The position numbers and the translations under genes are program-made. This document shows positions 10,096 through 19,283 of a stretch of DNA of 64,000 nt, piece after piece. Within the stretch, counting starts at the first letter, position 1; each line of letters opens with the position of its first letter. The stretch is from Candidatus Heimdallarchaeota archaeon (GTDB lineage Archaea > Asgardarchaeota > Heimdallarchaeia > Hodarchaeales > Hodarchaeaceae): assembly GCA_020353515.1 (NCBI GenBank), contig CP070695.1, forward strand, positions 2,180,292-2,244,291, written 5' to 3'. The notes under the pieces were generated by a model, which made no database searches, was not told where the DNA came from, and worked only from the letters and a program-made list of their open reading frames with translations.

Positions 10096-10842
10096 AGTAG
10101 ATAGAATTTTTGGCATAATGATTCCAGCCATTCCACGAATTGCAACATTGGCATAAATATCCATTGGAGTTATTTCTCTATTCACGATTAATATTCGCTT
10201 TCCAGTCTGAACAGCAAGTGATGGAAGTGCAGCAGCGGGATAGACTGTCAAACTACTACCTATAATAATTAGTAGATCAGCAGCAATCACTTCTTCCCGT
10301 GCTTGTTCCATAACATCATAAGGCAACTGTTCCCCAAACAAAATTGTATTAGTTTTGATTAATCCTTCACACTGGGGACATCGGGGAGGGATTTGACCTT
10401 GGTCTAAAAAAGCTTCCACCTCGGTAAAATGGAATCTCTTATCACAGCTCAAACAACGAGAAGTTTGAGTAGTCCCATGGATTTCAAGTACTTTAGTGTT
10501 TCCTGCTCTGGAATGAAGGAAATCAACATTTTGTGTTATTATTACCTTCAGTTTCCCGTACTCCAGTTCAAGAGTGGCAAGAGCTAGGTGAGCTGGATTC
10601 GGTTGAGCAGTTATTACCATGTCTCTCAATTCTTTATGCATTGTCCAATATTTTTCCGGATGAATCAAAAAATTTGAGTAAGTAGCATACTCATTTGGAT
10701 TATACTTTTCCCAAAGTCCACCTGGGCTACGAAAGTCGGGAATTCCTGATTCGACGCTAATCCCAGCACCAGTAAATGCTACTATGTAATTTGATTTCTT
10801 GATCAGTTCTGCAGCTTGCTTTATCTTATCTTCTTGATTCAA
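10075..10842 (-). CDS. cobB: NAD-dependent protein deacylase (Sir2/CobB)
   Basis: TGAGISVESGIPDFR, ITQNVD, HG, two CxxC, FGE, IGSSLTVYPAA. Confidence 0.95.
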   Translation of the reverse strand: MNQEDKIKQAAELIKKSNYIVAFTGAGISVESGIPDFRSPGGLWEKYNPNEYATYSNFLIHPEKYWTMHKELRDMVITAQPNPAHLALATLELEYGKLKVIITQNVDFLHSRAGNTKVLEIHGTTQTSRCLSCDKRFHFTEVEAFLDQGQIPPRCPQCEGLIKTNTILFGEQLPYDVMEQAREEVIAADLLIIIGSSLTVYPAAALPSLAVQTGKRILIVNREITPMDIYANVAIRGMAGIIMPKILSTLKELIN

Positions 10843-10851
10843 ACCAAGACC

Positions 10852-12006
10852 TCATGGTATATATATATAAATAGCTAAGTCGACTCGCTCATTTACTTTC
10901 CCATTTATAGTAACATAATCCACTCGCGGGAGTTCATCACAATTTAAAGTAATTGTTTCCTTTCCAATGTTCCTCTGTTTGAACCTTTGCTTTTCATATA
11001 TAACCAACGTAATTTCGGCCTCTTTACATTGATCTAATGAAACACTATTGCAAAAGATTATAACTGGAGCTTGAGGAATGTATGGATCCTCCTCTGTTGG
11101 AATTTGAATCCACCCTTTTTGGGGATATTTTTGGGTTATTCGTCCCCTATAATAGATTCTCAGACCTAATAGTGAATCTTTGATATTAGAAATGGTTAAT
11201 AATCTGATTTTAAAGACTGCAACATTAGGAATCAGTAGATGACGAAGAGTTCCAAAAGTCACTTTATGTTTATGGATGCGTATATGAGTTTGTCCTACAG
11301 GGATATTAATAGCATCAGAGAGAGGTACATACTGAATACCGTCTCGACTTTTGGACCATAAACCTCCTCCAAGATTAACTTGAGTAAGATGATATAATTC
11401 CTTCTCTGTTATAGTTGAATTAATATCTTCTAAATAGTCAAGTGCTCTGCGAATTTGTGACCTATCTAATTGAATCCGAGAATCTTTGAGATATCTTAAA
11501 TATTGAGCACTCTCGTGAGGTACACCACACATTGCCAGAATACGGATATGACTATCAGCTCCAGCGGTAAATTTGGTGAAATATCGTGCTATTATTCCCC
11601 CTGTAGAATGGGTTATCAAGGAGATCCGATGAGCATTGGTAATCTGTTTTATTTCATTAATTGTTTGGGCTAAACGCTCACAAACTACATCCAGTTCAGC
11701 TTGTTCATTATCAATAGCAAATAATTTTCGAAAACCAAAATACCATAATTCTCGTGCAAACCAATTAAAGATTGTATGAGAAGATCCATACCCATGAATC
11801 ATGAGAATGGGCTCATTGAATCTTGCTTCCCCTGTAGGAATAAATTCTCCTGTTTCGTCATCCGAGAGATAAGAAAACCGAAATAAATTGAGGTGTTTGC
11901 AATGATCCATGAGGATCCAGAAATGATCAAGCTCTTTCAATCGTTCTGTTTCAGGAGTTATATCCTTAAATCGGGGAGGAGGAAATTTTTGAACCATAAC
12001 TGCCAC
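10852..12006 (-). CDS. Alpha/beta-hydrolase (lipase-like) with C-terminal C2-like domain
   Basis: PILMIHGY oxyanion motif, THSTGG nucleophile elbow, GVPH; C-terminus ITLVIYEKQRFKQRNIGKETITL. Confidence 0.75.
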   Translation of the reverse strand: MAVMVQKFPPPRFKDITPETERLKELDHFWILMDHCKHLNLFRFSYLSDDETGEFIPTGEARFNEPILMIHGYGSSHTIFNWFARELWYFGFRKLFAIDNEQAELDVVCERLAQTINEIKQITNAHRISLITHSTGGIIARYFTKFTAGADSHIRILAMCGVPHESAQYLRYLKDSRIQLDRSQIRRALDYLEDINSTITEKELYHLTQVNLGGGLWSKSRDGIQYVPLSDAINIPVGQTHIRIHKHKVTFGTLRHLLIPNVAVFKIRLLTISNIKDSLLGLRIYYRGRITQKYPQKGWIQIPTEEDPYIPQAPVIIFCNSVSLDQCKEAEITLVIYEKQRFKQRNIGKETITLNCDELPRVDYVTINGKVNERVDLAIYIYIP

Positions 12007-12109
12007 ATTTTAATTCATTTAAACAGAAGCGGCGAATTCATCAAATGATTGAGAGAGAGGGAAGTCTGGATTTAAATATTATGTCTAGCGAGTTATTTCA
12101 TACCCTTGA

Positions 12110-12125
12110 GAAAATGCTTATAATA
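12110..12125 (+). promoter_or_regulatory. BRE/TATA promoter candidate
   Basis: GAAAATGCTTATAATA about 50 nt upstream of ATG 12178. Confidence 0.45.
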
Positions 12126-12177
12126 GATCGAGGATTGTGAATGAGTATATTATTTTTGATAAGAGGAAGAAATAATT

Positions 12178-12711
12178 ATGGCATTCTGTCCATTTTGTGG
12201 AGCTGAAGTCGAACCAGATAGTTTATATTGTTTGAATTGCGGAAAAAAAATTCCAGAAAAACAACCTCCGAAAGGAGTAGCAGCTTGGGAAACTACTCCA
12301 ACACAACCGACCTATACTCCTCGCCCTGCTCAACCAGTGACGTATAAACCAATTTATCAACCGAAACCCTATCATCCTAGCATGAAAGCTCCTTGTGGTG
12401 AGAGAATCATTGCCTACTTTGTTGATTCTATCGTTGCAAGTGTTATTACTTCATTTTCTGGTCTTGGATGTGTCTACACCGCTGTCAAAGATGGCATAAG
12501 GGAAGGCCAAGGATTAGGAAAAGGCTTAATGAATTTAAGGGTTGTTGATTTTCAGACCGGTATGCCGGCGACACTCGGCCAATCTTTCATACGTAATTGT
12601 TGCCCTGGCTGCCTTGATGGTTGCTGTTGTTTCTTAGTCGCTGCGATCGATCAAGATGGACGACGTATTGGCGATCAAGCCGCGGGAACAGTTGTTATTC
12701 TTGATAAGTGA
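12178..12711 (+). CDS. Zinc-ribbon + RDD family membrane protein
   Basis: FCPFCG...YCLNCG zinc ribbon; ERIIAYFVD, GQGLGK...LRVV, RRIGDQAAGTVV RDD motifs. Confidence 0.85.
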   Translation: MAFCPFCGAEVEPDSLYCLNCGKKIPEKQPPKGVAAWETTPTQPTYTPRPAQPVTYKPIYQPKPYHPSMKAPCGERIIAYFVDSIVASVITSFSGLGCVYTAVKDGIREGQGLGKGLMNLRVVDFQTGMPATLGQSFIRNCCPGCLDGCCCFLVAAIDQDGRRIGDQAAGTVVILDK

Positions 12712-12909
12712 TTCTATATCTAGTCACTTTTCAAAATTCAGGAAGATACCTATCGTATTCAATTTATGTGCCCTATGGGATTTTTTACACTCTAGTATTT
12801 ACTTTTCTAGAAGAATCATTATAGAATGGTTCTTTCTTAGGAGAAGAGATTGAATTTTACGAAACGGATCTCATTCATCATTTCTAATAAAGCTGAAGCT
12901 AATAGAATC

Positions 12910-12925
12910 TAATGTAAATACATTA
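12910..12925. promoter_or_regulatory. Palindromic operator candidate upstream of the FabK/NMO-like gene
   Basis: TAATGTA-AA-TACATTA, a perfect 7-bp inverted repeat. Confidence 0.3.
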
Positions 12926-13002
12926 CAACTATTTTTTAGAGTAATCAATCACAATACTAATAATGATTTAAAATTCTGGGGAGAAAGTAAGGTGAAATTA
13001 TT

Positions 13003-14037
13003 ATGACAATTGAAACTAACATCACAAAAATGCTAGGAATAAAACACCCCATCATAGCAGCACCAATGGGACCGTTTTATACCACAGATTTGACGATTGC
13101 TGTATCTGAAGCAGGGGGTTTAGGTGTACTTTCACATGTTGGGATATCAAATGTTGATCCTGTTGAGGAAATGAAGAAAAATATGCAGACGGTCGTTGAA
13201 CATACCGATAAGCCCTTTGGATTCAATATACGGACATCTCGGATGGAGCCAAACGCAGAAATGCTCTGTTGGGAAATTCCAAAATTTATTATGGAGAATC
13301 AAAAAATTAGAGATCAATGTGTTTACGCTTTAACTAGTGCTGGATCTGCCAAAATTCTCCCAAATGCTCCACCATATCAAAAGCTGAAAGAAAATTCCGA
13401 AATCAAACATTTCCATGTCGCTCCAGCCTTATGGTTAGCGGAAAAATGTGTTTCTGCTGGAGTTGACGGATTAACAGTCACTGGTGGAGAAGGAGGTGGC
13501 CACCAGTCATATGAAGGTGTTAGTACCCTTGTACTTCTTCAACAAGTGCAACAAAAATTCCCTGAGACTCCTGTAATTGCCTGTGGAGGATTTGCAACAG
13601 GAGAAGGACTAGCTGCTGCATTATCACTCGGAGCTGGAGCTATTGCTATGGGATCGAGATTCATTGCCTCAAAAGAGAGCGAATTTCACGACACTTACAA
13701 GAATGTTGTTCCACCTGCGAAAGCCCAAGATACAATAATGGCAACAGGAGTTTTTGGGCCTATCAGGCTTTGGGAAAACGAGTATGCATTAGCACATAAA
13801 CCAGTTGGAAGCAAAGAAGAGAAAATGGCTCAAGAATCTGCTTTCGATGTTGATGAAATAGCTAAGACCATTAGAGCTTACGAATTAGCTTATGAAGGTA
13901 ATATCAACGACGGAGCTGTTCTCCTAGGACAGAGTATAGGTCTAGTTGATAGGATTGAAAGTGTATCTGATATTATGGAAGGAATAATGAAGGATGCTGA
14001 GGCTGCTGTAAGGAATGCAGCTAGTTTAATTAAATAA
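13003..14037 (+). CDS. Nitronate monooxygenase / FabK-like FMN oxidoreductase
   Basis: LGIKHPIIAAPM, AVSEAGGLG, TDKPFGFN, GGEGGGH, PVIACGG, MGSRF. Confidence 0.9.
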   Translation: MTIETNITKMLGIKHPIIAAPMGPFYTTDLTIAVSEAGGLGVLSHVGISNVDPVEEMKKNMQTVVEHTDKPFGFNIRTSRMEPNAEMLCWEIPKFIMENQKIRDQCVYALTSAGSAKILPNAPPYQKLKENSEIKHFHVAPALWLAEKCVSAGVDGLTVTGGEGGGHQSYEGVSTLVLLQQVQQKFPETPVIACGGFATGEGLAAALSLGAGAIAMGSRFIASKESEFHDTYKNVVPPAKAQDTIMATGVFGPIRLWENEYALAHKPVGSKEEKMAQESAFDVDEIAKTIRAYELAYEGNINDGAVLLGQSIGLVDRIESVSDIMEGIMKDAEAAVRNAASLIK

Positions 14038-14103
14038 TCCCTTCCTTCTTTCTTTTTATACTTGTTGAAAATTTAAGAATAATTGTTTGGATCTTGATAT
14101 TCG

Positions 14104-14913
14104 ATGAGAATATCCTCACAAGAAGAGCTCATCGCTAAAAAGGAAAATAAGCTGAGAGTCTGGTTTACCCAAGGTCTTTCACAAATTGATAGCATAATTG
14201 ATGGATTTGATATTGGATGGGGAGGTACAGCTCGTTGGTGTACCTCACATTTAGCTAGGTACTTAGATCCTCAAAAGAATATCACAATACTGGATATTGC
14301 TTGCGGTTATGGAACATTTTTAGTCCAACTAGGTTGGCGTTTTCCTCAAGCTGAACTTATTGGATTGAACCTCGATTTTGACCCACCACACAATTTGATT
14401 GTTTCTTTATTATCTCAGAGTAATATCAAGGCTCAGCTTATCATAGCTGATGCATTGCACATACCCTTCAAGACAAAATTCGATTGTGTGACATGTTTTC
14501 TCGGATTACAGGACATTACCATCACTCGGGGACAGGAAAATCTTGTTAACGTAGTTTCTGAACTTCTTCGAATAGTTCCACCTCATGGATTTTTAGCCCT
14601 TTTAGATAATTTTCCACAAGACATTTTTGAAAATATTCTCACTCAGCAGAAATTGGAATATGATTTAGTTTTTAATAAATCTTTTAAACCTCATTGTAAG
14701 TGGTCACGTGAAATAGGTCTTAGAGCAATTGAAATGTATGCTCAAGGTTATCTACAGCAGGAATTAGATAGTGAGAATCCTCCAGTAGATAGCAATGTAG
14801 CCTTAACAAGGATAAAAAAGAAAATGTTGAACGAATTTGAGAATCAGATTGATTCTCAAGGTTATTACAATCCCTGGGGGACTATGCATCTTTTCCTGTT
14901 ACAACGGTTATAA
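14104..14913 (+). CDS. Class I SAM-dependent methyltransferase
   Basis: ILDIACGYG motif I; ADALHIPF...FDCV. Confidence 0.85.
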   Translation: MRISSQEELIAKKENKLRVWFTQGLSQIDSIIDGFDIGWGGTARWCTSHLARYLDPQKNITILDIACGYGTFLVQLGWRFPQAELIGLNLDFDPPHNLIVSLLSQSNIKAQLIIADALHIPFKTKFDCVTCFLGLQDITITRGQENLVNVVSELLRIVPPHGFLALLDNFPQDIFENILTQQKLEYDLVFNKSFKPHCKWSREIGLRAIEMYAQGYLQQELDSENPPVDSNVALTRIKKKMLNEFENQIDSQGYYNPWGTMHLFLLQRL

Positions 14914-14989
14914 TACCTTTCAAAATTATAAATTTCGATCTGAAACTGAAAATATATCAAATATAAATTTGTGTTCTTCATTGAATAAA

Positions 14990-16501
14990 ATGACAAGAGT
15001 AGATGAACGTATTATAGAATTTAGTCGTCAAGGAAAATTCCACGAAATAGTTAAGATGTTAAATGAAGAAATCCCGAAGGTTGACTCTCAGAAAGAGAAA
15101 CTTCGTTTAGAATACCAGCTAGCGGAAGCATATTATTCCATTCGGAAATTTGAAAAGGGAAAAAAAATAGTTGAGAGAATTCTTCCTGTTTTTCAGGAAC
15201 ATAGCAATCATTCGATGGTGGGGAACTCTGAAAATCTCTTAGGTAAGATATATCGTATACATCAACGTTATCAGGAAGCAATAGCGCATTACAAAAATGC
15301 CGAAGAAGCATTTAAACTTGCAGAGAATAATGAAGGACTATCAAAAATTTATCACAACATTGGAAATGTCTATATATTCCTTGAACGTTTTAAGGAAGCT
15401 AAAAAGTATCACCTTAAAGCCCTCCAGTTTGCTGAGCAAGAAAAAAGACCTGATGCAATAGCTAGTTCACATTTGAATATTGGTAGTATGTTTTATCAAA
15501 ATGGAGAGGTTGATCAAGCTTTATTTCACTTTGAAAAAGCAAGAGAGTTATTTGAAGAAATCCAAGATATTCCAAGTCTTGCTGCTACATATCATAATCT
15601 GGGGGAAATTTATCTACTTCGACAAGACTTTAATGCAGCTATAGAGAATAGTTCTAAAGCTGAATCCTTCTATGATAAACAAAGAAATATTATCGGACAA
15701 ACATTAGCATTAACAACGCTAGCTCGCTCTTTTAAAGCTTCTGGATCATTAGACAAAGCAATTAAAATCTATAATCAAGTCATTGATCTAAAACCTACAG
15801 AAGATATCTTTCTTGAGCTTGGTGAATGCTACTTAAGCCAGAATCAACTTAAAAAAGCAAAAACAATCTTTGAGAAAATATCTGAATCACCAACTTCGTC
15901 TTTACATGGCTTAGGATATTCATTTGATTATTTAGCAAGAATTGCCATCGATCAAGGAGAATTTGAAACTGCACAAGACAGATACATTAAATTATTAGAA
16001 GTCCTTGATAAATTAACTCCTAAAGATCCAGAGAGTATCGCTTCAACTCAAGGAAATTTAGGGTATATTTTCTTAAAAACGCAGAACTTTGAACACGCTC
16101 AAGAATATTTTCAACAAGCAAGTAATTATTTCAAGAAAAAGAGAAATTGGGAGGAGCTTATTACACTAGGAAGTAATTTTCGTATGGAATTTGTAATCAT
16201 ACAGGATTATGAGAAAGCAATTGCGGTATTAAGTGATCATGTCCTCCCAGCAATTAAAAAGTCGAAAGATAAGATGATAGAAAACCAATACCATTACGAA
16301 ATAGCTTTACTATACCACTTAAACGGTGCCACAGATGAAGGATTAGCTTACTGGCAACGAAATCACCAAAAAAAGGTTCCATTCCAAAAGTATTCAGTTC
16401 CTCTCTTATCGGTTATCAAAGAAGAAAATACTAAAAAGGAGCTTGAGAAACAACACCTGAAGTTTCTAAAACGAGTGATTGAGTTAAAAAGATCTAAATA
16501 A
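14990..16501 (+). CDS. TPR-repeat protein
   Basis: Repeated YHNIGNVY / HLNIGSMF / YHNLGEIY TPR units. Likely start is ATG 14990 (MTRVDE) rather than the overlapping 14837. Confidence 0.9.
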   Translation: MTRVDERIIEFSRQGKFHEIVKMLNEEIPKVDSQKEKLRLEYQLAEAYYSIRKFEKGKKIVERILPVFQEHSNHSMVGNSENLLGKIYRIHQRYQEAIAHYKNAEEAFKLAENNEGLSKIYHNIGNVYIFLERFKEAKKYHLKALQFAEQEKRPDAIASSHLNIGSMFYQNGEVDQALFHFEKARELFEEIQDIPSLAATYHNLGEIYLLRQDFNAAIENSSKAESFYDKQRNIIGQTLALTTLARSFKASGSLDKAIKIYNQVIDLKPTEDIFLELGECYLSQNQLKKAKTIFEKISESPTSSLHGLGYSFDYLARIAIDQGEFETAQDRYIKLLEVLDKLTPKDPESIASTQGNLGYIFLKTQNFEHAQEYFQQASNYFKKKRNWEELITLGSNFRMEFVIIQDYEKAIAVLSDHVLPAIKKSKDKMIENQYHYEIALLYHLNGATDEGLAYWQRNHQKKVPFQKYSVPLLSVIKEENTKKELEKQHLKFLKRVIELKRSK

Positions 16502-16541
16502 CAAATACAACCACAGAATTCACACCCTGGGTTTTTATAGT

Positions 16542-17132
16542 ATGTACAGCCGTATCCTTGTTCAGAAAATACTTGGTCCCTATCGAATTTCTCACCATCC
16601 CTTTTGTAGTAATTTCAAAGATCATATTTATGAGATACGTGGGAATAGAGTTTGTCGAGGATGTCTGATGCAATACTCTGGAATCTCATTCTCACTGATA
16701 ATAATTGTGTTAGGAAATCTTTTAGGATTCTGGACTGGTTTAACAGAACTTCAGATTGGATTGGTGTTGTATGTACTAGTTTTTCCAACCTTTTTAACCG
16801 CGTTAATTATTAAAAATCGTAAAATTAAAGATATTGCTCGTTTCTTATTAGGATCAGCTTTTTCATTAGCTTTTGTATTATTGCTGTTCACACCTGATTG
16901 GTTAATTAAGGGATGGATTTTATTAAACTTCATTCCAGGTTACATTTATCTTAACCGAAGAAGAGCAGTGAAGAATGACGAAGTTTGTAATCGTTGTGAA
17001 GAATTCAACAATATCCCCAATTGTTCTGGCTATCAAATCTATACTGATAGGGAAAAGATTTTCTTAACCCAAGCTCTTCAAGGTGGAATTAGTGATCCCT
17101 TTGCTCTACCTCCTGACAAACTTGATGAATGA
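16542..17132 (+). CDS. Membrane protein with Cys/His metal-binding motifs (DUF2085-like)
   Basis: SHHPFC...H...VCRGC, about 4 TM segments, C-terminal CNRC...C. Confidence 0.6.
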   Translation: MYSRILVQKILGPYRISHHPFCSNFKDHIYEIRGNRVCRGCLMQYSGISFSLIIIVLGNLLGFWTGLTELQIGLVLYVLVFPTFLTALIIKNRKIKDIARFLLGSAFSLAFVLLLFTPDWLIKGWILLNFIPGYIYLNRRRAVKNDEVCNRCEEFNNIPNCSGYQIYTDREKIFLTQALQGGISDPFALPPDKLDE

Positions 17133-17293
17133 ATCCAGCCATTAAAACTCTTCAGATTAGGCTGCAGTACAAGAGGTCTCACTTAAGATTCCCTAGGACT
17201 TTTTAAAATTTTACTCAACATAACCTTTTAAGAAGAAGAAGTATATTTAGTTTGCTACATTATAAATTCGTAAAATCTTCTCTAGATTAGGTA

Positions 17294-17641
17294 GTGATAA
17301 AAATGTCAAGCCAACAGGCACTAATACAAAGACAGGCTCCCTGTGGGGACCGCTGTGTAGCTGCTCTCATCGATGGGGTTATTTCTAGTGCAATCAGCTG
17401 GGCTCTCGGTGCAGGATGTATCTACGATTTAATAAAAGATGGTATCAGAGACGGACAAAGTATTGGGAAAGGAATGATGGGATTACGAGTCGTTAATTTC
17501 AATACAGGACAACCAGCAACCATCGGAGCGTCATGTCTCCGAAATTGTTTAATGTGTTGTCCTTGTCTCTTGTTAATCACCGAAGGAAGAAGACGATTCG
17601 GTGATTATGTCGGTGGTACAATCGTAATCAAGGATATATAA
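17294..17641 (+). CDS. RDD family protein (paralog of 12178..12711)
   Basis: APCGDRCVAALID, KDGIRDGQSIGKG, RRFGDYVGGTIV. Confidence 0.85.
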   Translation: MIKMSSQQALIQRQAPCGDRCVAALIDGVISSAISWALGAGCIYDLIKDGIRDGQSIGKGMMGLRVVNFNTGQPATIGASCLRNCLMCCPCLLLITEGRRRFGDYVGGTIVIKDI

Positions 17642-17650
17642 TTCAACAAA

Positions 17651-17685
17651 TCCTTTTCTTTTTTTCCCCATCATTTTTCTTTTTT
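17651..17685 (+). terminator. Oligo-T archaeal terminator candidate
   Basis: Long pyrimidine/T tracts directly after stop codon 17641. Confidence 0.4.
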
Positions 17686-17719
17686 AAAGTCAATGATTCC
17701 TCTATTACTCCTTTAATCA

Positions 17720-19093
17720 TCAATCCCTAACAACCCTACCAACAAAGATTAGCGTTAAAACGATTAAACTAATTATTAAACCAACAGTAAAAAGAAATGT
17801 CCCTTGGTCAGGGATAGGTTGAGACCATGCTAAAAGTGCAACCAAAAGGTTCAATCCTGAAAGACACCCGAATAACGCAGTCAATAAATTAAGCCTTTTT
17901 GTAGTTCGTTTTTCCTGTTCAAGGGCCAATAGATTCATTTTACCTTGGATATAGGTAGTAGCCCCTTCAACAGATCTTTCAACAGATCTAGCGAAGTCCA
18001 ACCATGAATTCATTAGATTTAAATTGAAGTTGGGGAAGAGTCTTTGAATTAATGGTTCTGATAATAGGGGGACAATTGGACTAAGATGTCCTTGCATATT
18101 AGAAATTGCTGGTTTTAGCTTTAAGAACTGAGCTTGGATCGTTTGGGTCCGATCTAATAATTCACTTAGTTGAGTTGTTGTTATGGTTGAATTTGAGCTA
18201 GTTAGAGTACGCATTTCCGAAGTAATATTGGTTAATTCTTCAAGCATTTTTTGTAGGGCTGGTTCTATCGCAAGCCAAGAGTTTATCAAACCTTTTTGCA
18301 TAACCAATGCTTCGTTTATCTTTTGAAACAAAACAACAGGAATCTGATTATCTCCAATATGGCATAAGCAGGTTTCTGGTTCTTCAGAATGTTCGTAATC
18401 AGGAGCCATAATATTGATTGTTAGATTTTCAGCATTCTCGAATCGAAGAAAATAACCTGCAAAAAAAACAGTATAATTCTTTGATTGATCGTCATCGAAT
18501 AACTCCAATGGATCAATCTGATAGTTTTCTATCAACCAAGTTTTAAAATCCTCAAAAAGGGACTTAAGTTGTGTAAAAAGAGAAGCTCCCGCTCGAGAAG
18601 GAAACCCAGCAAGACCAAAGATAAGGGGGTCCCGTAGGAAAGGATCTTTATCATTAATGTCACATGGCCAATAAGTGTGTCTTATTATCATTACCCAGTC
18701 AATATGCCTTTCAAAAACAATATCTAATGTTCGAGAATTCCTCCATTCGTACAGAATACCTAATTGATTGACTGGAACCTTTTGGAGTCTAAATGCTGAG
18801 CGAATAATCTCTTCCGTTATCTTGAGAGGTACAACAATCTGAAATCCTGCCATGATTTGAGCTTGATCCTTCCAATGTGCTAACATTGCTTCCGAACCAT
18901 GCTCTAAAAATATATTACATGAGGGACAACAGCTATTTGATGTGTGAACTCGTTGAGGGCAAATTTCCACTGATCCTAGAGAAGCAGCAACGTCGCAACG
19001 CATACAACAATTCAGAAAATCAGGATCATCGGTGACAAGCATGGAACCATGTTTACGAGATAGATTTTCAATCTCTTGTAGCATTCTACTCAA
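17720..19093 (-). CDS. Hypothetical membrane protein with a Cys-rich N-terminus, long helical stalk and two C-terminal TM helices (CorA-like topology)
   Basis: CCMRC...CCPSC; coiled-coil region; TTKRLNLLTALFG followed by two hydrophobic helices; no GMN motif. Confidence 0.6.
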   Translation of the reverse strand: MSRMLQEIENLSRKHGSMLVTDDPDFLNCCMRCDVAASLGSVEICPQRVHTSNSCCPSCNIFLEHGSEAMLAHWKDQAQIMAGFQIVVPLKITEEIIRSAFRLQKVPVNQLGILYEWRNSRTLDIVFERHIDWVMIIRHTYWPCDINDKDPFLRDPLIFGLAGFPSRAGASLFTQLKSLFEDFKTWLIENYQIDPLELFDDDQSKNYTVFFAGYFLRFENAENLTINIMAPDYEHSEEPETCLCHIGDNQIPVVLFQKINEALVMQKGLINSWLAIEPALQKMLEELTNITSEMRTLTSSNSTITTTQLSELLDRTQTIQAQFLKLKPAISNMQGHLSPIVPLLSEPLIQRLFPNFNLNLMNSWLDFARSVERSVEGATTYIQGKMNLLALEQEKRTTKRLNLLTALFGCLSGLNLLVALLAWSQPIPDQGTFLFTVGLIISLIVLTLIFVGRVVRD

Positions 19094-19283
19094 CTTTGAT
19101 TAATGAATTTCCATTGTTTTTATATTTTGAGATCAAATGTTAGCAAACATTCATGAATCCCAAAATAATGCAAAACAATTTTGTTTTATTTATGGTAGGA
19201 GGAACAAAAAAGGAAACTAAAATTTGTAAAAGAGAAAATGGAGTTGAACTCATTATCAACTTTCTAATTGCTGATACTGAATT

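Noticed and set aside
14837-14989. N-terminal extension of the TPR ORF
   Set aside because: It overlaps the methyltransferase gene and covers an AT-rich promoter-like stretch. ATG 14990 is the better start.
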